From contig DATBKP010000173.1 in the NCBI GenBank assembly GCA_036555785.1, forward strand, positions 21,299-85,298: DNA of 64,000 nt, given 5' to 3'. Both the position numbers and the translations under genes were made by a program. Positions 59,674 to 64,000 of this stretch are shown here, in pieces (within the stretch, counting starts at the first letter, position 1; every line of letters starts with the position of its first letter). Source of the stretch: Steroidobacteraceae bacterium. Lineage in GTDB: Bacteria; Pseudomonadota; Gammaproteobacteria; Steroidobacterales; Steroidobacteraceae. The notes under the pieces are model-generated. The model worked only from the letters and a program-made list of their open reading frames with translations, ran no database searches and was not told where the DNA came from.

Positions 59674-62379
59674 ATGAGCTCATCGACATCTGTCGCGTTG
59701 CCGATAGCAGCGGCTCTCTCAGGTTACGCGTTGACGCTCTCGGCCCCGGCCTGGGCTGCGCAAAGCGACACGGGACCCGTCATCGAGGAAGTGATCGTCA
59801 CGGTCGAGCGCATCCAGCAGAGCCTGCAAAGCTACGAAGGCACTGCGGCGGTGATGCAGCAGTCGCAGCTCGACGCCGTCGGCGCGAGTCAACTGGTCGA
59901 CTTGCCGGCGCTGATGCCCGGCGTGGAGATCACGAACTACGAGGACAACACCGAGCTGTTCGTGCGCGGCATCGGCAGCAACGCCAACACCGAGCTCGGC
60001 GATCCGGCGATCGCGCCGCACCTGGACGACGTGTACGTGCCGCGCCCGCGCGGCCTCGGCGTCGCCTTCTTCGACATCGAGCGCGTCGAAGTGAACGTCG
60101 GCCCGCAAGGCACGGTGCGCGGCCGCAACGCGCTCGGCGGCTCGATCAACATCGTCTCGCGCAAGCCGAAGCTCGGTGAGTTCGACGGCTATGCGGAGTA
60201 CGCGATCGGTAACTATGACCAGCAGGAGCTGCGCGGCGCACTGAACGTCCCGCTCGGCAAGATCGTTGCCGCGCGCTTTGCCGTGTACTCCTCGCAGCAC
60301 GACGAGTACGTGCGCAACACCGGCCCGCTGAACAACCTGCTCGGCTGGGAATCGGGCGACGACGTCGGCGCACGCGCCCACTTCCTGATCCAGCCCAGCG
60401 ACAAGCTCTCGGTGCTGCTGTCCGGCGACTATCTGAACTCGAAGGGCACGGGCTCGCGCGGCGTCGACTTCTTCAACGCCGCCGCCGAGGGCCGCACCTA
60501 CGACGACTTCGACAATCCGCGCAAGGTCAACCAGGTCGGCTTCAGCCCGAACCAGGACACGACTCACTGGGGGCTGGCGCTCAACGCCACCTATCGCAGC
60601 GACTGGTTCAACGTGCAGTACATCGGCGGCTATCGCGACCTGCACTACACCAACAGCCTGTCGACCAGCGGTCGCAACTTCGACTTCGCCGGCGACGAGC
60701 AGGAGCAGGTGATCCGCGGCAACCTCGCCGATCCCAACGATCCGGCGGAATCCGACGCGTTCATTCGCGAGCGCTACTACGGCAACTACAGCGCGCTGAT
60801 CTGGGACGCGAAGTCCGAGAGCCGCACGCACGAGCTGCGCTTCACCTCGCCCGACAGCGCGGAGAAGATCACCTGGGCCGTCGGCCTGTACAAGTTCAAG
60901 GAAGAGCAGGGCGTGTTCCTCGGGATTCCGCTCGACTACTCGACCGACCTCGCGTACCTGGAATTCAACCAGGGCTCGACCATCGGCGAATCCAAGTCGG
61001 CGTACGCGGACGTGACCTGGGCAGCGACCGATCGGCTGCGCTTCACGGCCGGCGCGCGTTACTCGGACGAGAGCAAGGAGCGCGAGGGTTTCAATTTCAT
61101 CGCCGGCTTCAACACCAACGGCACCGCCATGCGCGTCGGCACCCCCGGCTTCCGCATGACCGGCCTCGGCCGCACGATCAAGAATCCGGATGCCGACGGC
61201 GACGGCGTGCGCAACACGCTCAACGACCTGATCATCCTGTATCGCGCCGGCGTGAAATCCTTCGGCGTCAACGACACGCTGGACGAGTTCCTCGACGGCG
61301 GTTGCGTGGCCGTGAGCGAGTTCCAGGGCGACTGCAGCAACTATCCGGGCCTCGGCTTCGGCTTCGGCGGCGCGACGGTGCAGTTCGGCGAGAACTCCGA
61401 CAACTATGTCGACTGGCGCTTCCGCGTCGGCTTCGATCTCACCGACGACAACCTCTTGTATGCGCTGATCGCCACCGGCAACAAGGCGCCGAGCTTCAAC
61501 GACACTATCGACCTGGACACCGGTCCGGGCGAAGAGCTGTTCACGCCGCCGGTCGGTCCGGAAAAGAACACCATGTTCGAGGTCGGCTCGAAGAACACGC
61601 TCGAGGTCGGCGGCCGGCCGCTGACGCTGAACGCGTCGGCGTACTACTTCAAGTACAAGGATCAGGTGTTCAGCACCGTCGTCGGCACCGAGCTGCTCGA
61701 CAACGATCCGAACAACGACGGCGGTTGCCTCGACAGCGATCCGAACACGGCCTGCAGCAACGTCACGCTCAACCAGAACGTCGGCGAATCGCACAACCTG
61801 GGCATTCAGCTCGACGCCGCCTATCAGTTCGCCAACGGCTTCAACATCGGCGGCACGCTGCTGTGGCAGGACACCGAGTACGAGGATGGCTCGATCGTCA
61901 GCGACAACCGTCGCGCCAGCCCCGCCGGCGGCAGCCTGCAGGTGGATCTCGGCGGCAACGAGCTGCCGCGCACGCCACCGTTCACGCTGAACCTGCGGGT
62001 CGGACAGGAGTACGACGTGCCGACGGGAACGGTCGACTGGATCGCGTCAGCGACCTACAAGACCTCTTACTTCCTGACGGCCTTCAACGGCGGTTCGGGG
62101 AACGATGGCGGCCGTGAGGTGACCGCCGTCGATGAGAGCAACGTCGCTACTGCGTATGGCGACGAGCTACTGCGCTTGCGCGACGAGGTCGACAGCTACT
62201 TCCATGTCGATCTCGGCGTGGGCTACACGCACGGCAACGGCATGCTGCGCATCGAGGCGTTCGCCAACAACGTCACCGACGAGGCGCATGCGACGCAGGC
62301 GATCATCGACACTGGCACCCAGGAGTTCGTGTTCAATCCGCCGCGCACCTATGGGCTGCGGGTGCGGGTGAGCTTCTGA
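59674..62379 (+). CDS. TonB-dependent outer-membrane receptor
   Basis: ATG at 59674 with signal peptide ...LTLSAPAWA. Plug motifs (IEEVIVT, VEVNVGPQGTVRGRNALGG). Long beta-barrel ending ...YGLRVRVSF (terminal Phe). Confidence 0.9.
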   Translation: MSSSTSVALPIAAALSGYALTLSAPAWAAQSDTGPVIEEVIVTVERIQQSLQSYEGTAAVMQQSQLDAVGASQLVDLPALMPGVEITNYEDNTELFVRGIGSNANTELGDPAIAPHLDDVYVPRPRGLGVAFFDIERVEVNVGPQGTVRGRNALGGSINIVSRKPKLGEFDGYAEYAIGNYDQQELRGALNVPLGKIVAARFAVYSSQHDEYVRNTGPLNNLLGWESGDDVGARAHFLIQPSDKLSVLLSGDYLNSKGTGSRGVDFFNAAAEGRTYDDFDNPRKVNQVGFSPNQDTTHWGLALNATYRSDWFNVQYIGGYRDLHYTNSLSTSGRNFDFAGDEQEQVIRGNLADPNDPAESDAFIRERYYGNYSALIWDAKSESRTHELRFTSPDSAEKITWAVGLYKFKEEQGVFLGIPLDYSTDLAYLEFNQGSTIGESKSAYADVTWAATDRLRFTAGARYSDESKEREGFNFIAGFNTNGTAMRVGTPGFRMTGLGRTIKNPDADGDGVRNTLNDLIILYRAGVKSFGVNDTLDEFLDGGCVAVSEFQGDCSNYPGLGFGFGGATVQFGENSDNYVDWRFRVGFDLTDDNLLYALIATGNKAPSFNDTIDLDTGPGEELFTPPVGPEKNTMFEVGSKNTLEVGGRPLTLNASAYYFKYKDQVFSTVVGTELLDNDPNNDGGCLDSDPNTACSNVTLNQNVGESHNLGIQLDAAYQFANGFNIGGTLLWQDTEYEDGSIVSDNRRASPAGGSLQVDLGGNELPRTPPFTLNLRVGQEYDVPTGTVDWIASATYKTSYFLTAFNGGSGNDGGREVTAVDESNVATAYGDELLRLRDEVDSYFHVDLGVGYTHGNGMLRIEAFANNVTDEAHATQAIIDTGTQEFVFNPPRTYGLRVRVSF

Positions 62380-62387
62380 CGCGCCCG

Positions 62388-64000
62388 TCAGGGAATCTTC
62401 AGGATCTGCACATCGTCGCTGTTGCCCGCCGCCAGGCCCAGCACCACGAGGAAGCGATCGTCGGCCGAGAAGCGCACGGCTTCCATCCGCCACAGCTGCT
62501 CGAAGGTGTGGACTACTGCGTTGCTCGTATCCAGCACCTCGATGCCGTCCTGGTTGATGGCGCTGAGGTCGGCGAAGGAGAGAGCCTTGAGGCCGTTCGA
62601 GCCCGCGGCGACGTACTGGTAGTGGCGCTGCGCAGCGATCTCCGTCACCGGGCCGGCACGCGGCCCCTCGAAAAACGCGACGGTACCGACGGCATTCTGG
62701 CCAACTACCTCGAGATTCGCGCTGTCGGCGCTGCTCACCAGCTCCGAGATGCTCGGACAGGCAGTCGATTGCCCGATCAGCGGTGCGCTCGTGCGGAACG
62801 GCGCGAGATAGCCCGTCCCGTCCTCCTGCCGCGTTACCACGCGATAGCTCGCCGCACTCGCGCAGGCGCCGCCGGTGGCGCTGAATTTGTCGACGAACCA
62901 GATCTCCGAGCCGTCGTTCAGCGCGGCGAGGTAGTCGAACTTCGTCAATCCGTCCACAGGTACGTTGAGCGGTGTCTGCGACGCGCCGGTTACTGCGTTG
63001 TAGACCTCGAAGTGTCCGGTCACGAGCAGCGGCACGCCGCGCGAGCGCACCCATGCGAGCTCCTGCGCGCAGCAGTTCGTCATCTTCGGCAGTGAGGCCA
63101 GCGGCACGCCGACGTCGAGATCGTAGCGGAGCACGTCACCGGTCGAGCCGATGCTGCTCGCATAGAGGTAGCGGCCGTCGCCGCTCACCACGACGCGGCC
63201 GATCTTGGCCTCGGGCGCCGCTGTCAAAAGCGTAGTGACCGCGCCGGTCAGCAAGTCCACGCGCCGCACCGTGTTCGTCGACAGGCCGACGTATGCGTAC
63301 GGCCGGATCGGATCGATGGCGAGCCCTGCCGGCTGCGTCGACGTGGAGAGATCGAGTTGCGCCCCGACAGCCGTAGGCTCGGCCGCCGACGAGCGGAAGT
63401 AGCCCACGCGCAGCGATTCGCTCTGCAAATTGCTGCCGTGGATCGTGACGGTGGCGACGTAGATCGTGTCGTCGTCGAGATCGGCAGCGAGCGCCGCCGG
63501 CGTGATCGTAAGCGTGTCGCCGCTCACGCCCGATGCGGTAACGGTCAGCCAGTCGACGTCGGTCTCTGCGGCCCACGTTGCAGTCGTGCCGCCGTCGTTG
63601 GTCACGACGACTTGCGCCGGGCGTGCGGCGCTGTCTGTGAATTCGAGCAGTTGCACGCCGGTGCGAGCGACGCTCCAGCGATTGTCCGTAACGTGGAACG
63701 TGACCGGCACGTTGCGCACGGTCCCGCTCAACGTGTCGAGGAAGCTCAGCCCGCCTCTCTGCACGCCGCCGGACAACGCAGTGGCATCCGCCCTGACTTC
63801 GACCGATCCAGCGTCGGTGCCGGATGCGGGCGACACGGTGAGCCACGGCCGATTGCTCGAGACCGTCCAGCTCGTGCCGGAACCGAGCACCCCGACGATG
63901 CGCGGCTCGGCGGCCGTGCCGGCGGTCGCGTCGAAGTCGAGACTCGTGACGTCGACCTGGAGCGGATCGGTGATCGTGTACGTGACAGCCACGTCCTTGG
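62388..64000 (-). CDS. Exported hypothetical protein with Ig-like WLTV repeats and a beta-propeller-like C-terminus; 5' end outside window
   Basis: The frame stays open to the window edge; the track M at 63992 is an internal GTG. Motifs PWLTVSPASGTDAGSVEV and DWLTVTASGVSGDTLTI. The C-terminal half has repeated strand patterns. Confidence 0.6.
   Translation of the reverse strand, partial: KDVAVTYTITDPLQVDVTSLDFDATAGTAAEPRIVGVLGSGTSWTVSSNRPWLTVSPASGTDAGSVEVRADATALSGGVQRGGLSFLDTLSGTVRNVPVTFHVTDNRWSVARTGVQLLEFTDSAARPAQVVVTNDGGTTATWAAETDVDWLTVTASGVSGDTLTITPAALAADLDDDTIYVATVTIHGSNLQSESLRVGYFRSSAAEPTAVGAQLDLSTSTQPAGLAIDPIRPYAYVGLSTNTVRRVDLLTGAVTTLLTAAPEAKIGRVVVSGDGRYLYASSIGSTGDVLRYDLDVGVPLASLPKMTNCCAQELAWVRSRGVPLLVTGHFEVYNAVTGASQTPLNVPVDGLTKFDYLAALNDGSEIWFVDKFSATGGACASAASYRVVTRQEDGTGYLAPFRTSAPLIGQSTACPSISELVSSADSANLEVVGQNAVGTVAFFEGPRAGPVTEIAAQRHYQYVAAGSNGLKALSFADLSAINQDGIEVLDTSNAVVHTFEQLWRMEAVRFSADDRFLVVLGLAAGNSDDVQILKIP

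Noticed and set aside
59719-61794. 691-aa minus-strand ORF across the TonB-dependent receptor
   Set aside because: Shadow ORF. The + frame has plug and barrel motifs and a terminal Phe.
1-64000. Search for CRISPR arrays, tRNA/rRNA genes, IS elements and riboswitch-like leaders (for example upstream of the TonB-dependent receptor)
   Set aside because: No regularly spaced direct repeats and no intergenic region with cloverleaf potential were found; the largest gaps are about 120-255 bp and were read through. No transposase-like ORFs were found. The TBDR leader has only a small ACACCC-N5-GGGTGT hairpin (59602-59618), which is not enough to claim a riboswitch.

Overview
GC-rich (about two-thirds G+C by eye) chromosomal window from a Gram-negative bacterium; envelope markers include a TonB-dependent receptor, lipoboxes, a GlyGly-CTERM tail and OmpR/EnvZ-type and LytS/LytTR-type two-component systems. 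I can support about 55 protein-coding genes. I found no rRNA, tRNA, CRISPR array, transposase or integrase. All domain calls come from reading motifs by eye; no HMM or BLAST search was possible. The six-frame track uses alternative start codons and is full of long Arg/Ala/Gly/Pro-rich shadow ORFs. I therefore re-derived many starts from the DNA (ATG/GTG position, signal peptides, start/stop overlaps) and rejected the shadows. Ordinary content: Rieske oxygenase, MBL-fold hydrolase, SDR, MFS/LysR, S10 peptidase, Crp, BAAT-type hydrolase, three GNATs, a GGDEF protein, several sensor kinases, an amidohydrolase, AraC/XRE regulators and a VapBC pair. There are also three large secreted HExxH metalloproteases with PKD-type repeats. 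The most interesting locus is 25.7-36.2 kb. It holds a divergently transcribed pair. One gene is a DUF4062/TIR-like + nSTAND1-type P-loop NTPase + TM helix + TPR protein. The other is a SLOG-like Rossmannoid domain fused to two SLATT-like 2TM modules. The NTPase gene appears co-operonic with a secreted C-type lectin (canonical EPN and WND motifs) and a secreted Cys-repeat protein, whose paralog sits on the other flank. I read this as a candidate Thoeris-like nucleotide-signalling conflict or envelope-surveillance system in an arrangement I do not know to be characterised. Other points worth a second look: a frameshifted rhombotarget-type lipoprotein, tandem small Cys-patterned secreted paralogs beside a kinase-TM-TPR Ser/Thr kinase, a perfect 24-bp palindrome with a tandem decamer in their shared control region, and a CPBP homolog with a degenerate catalytic motif.
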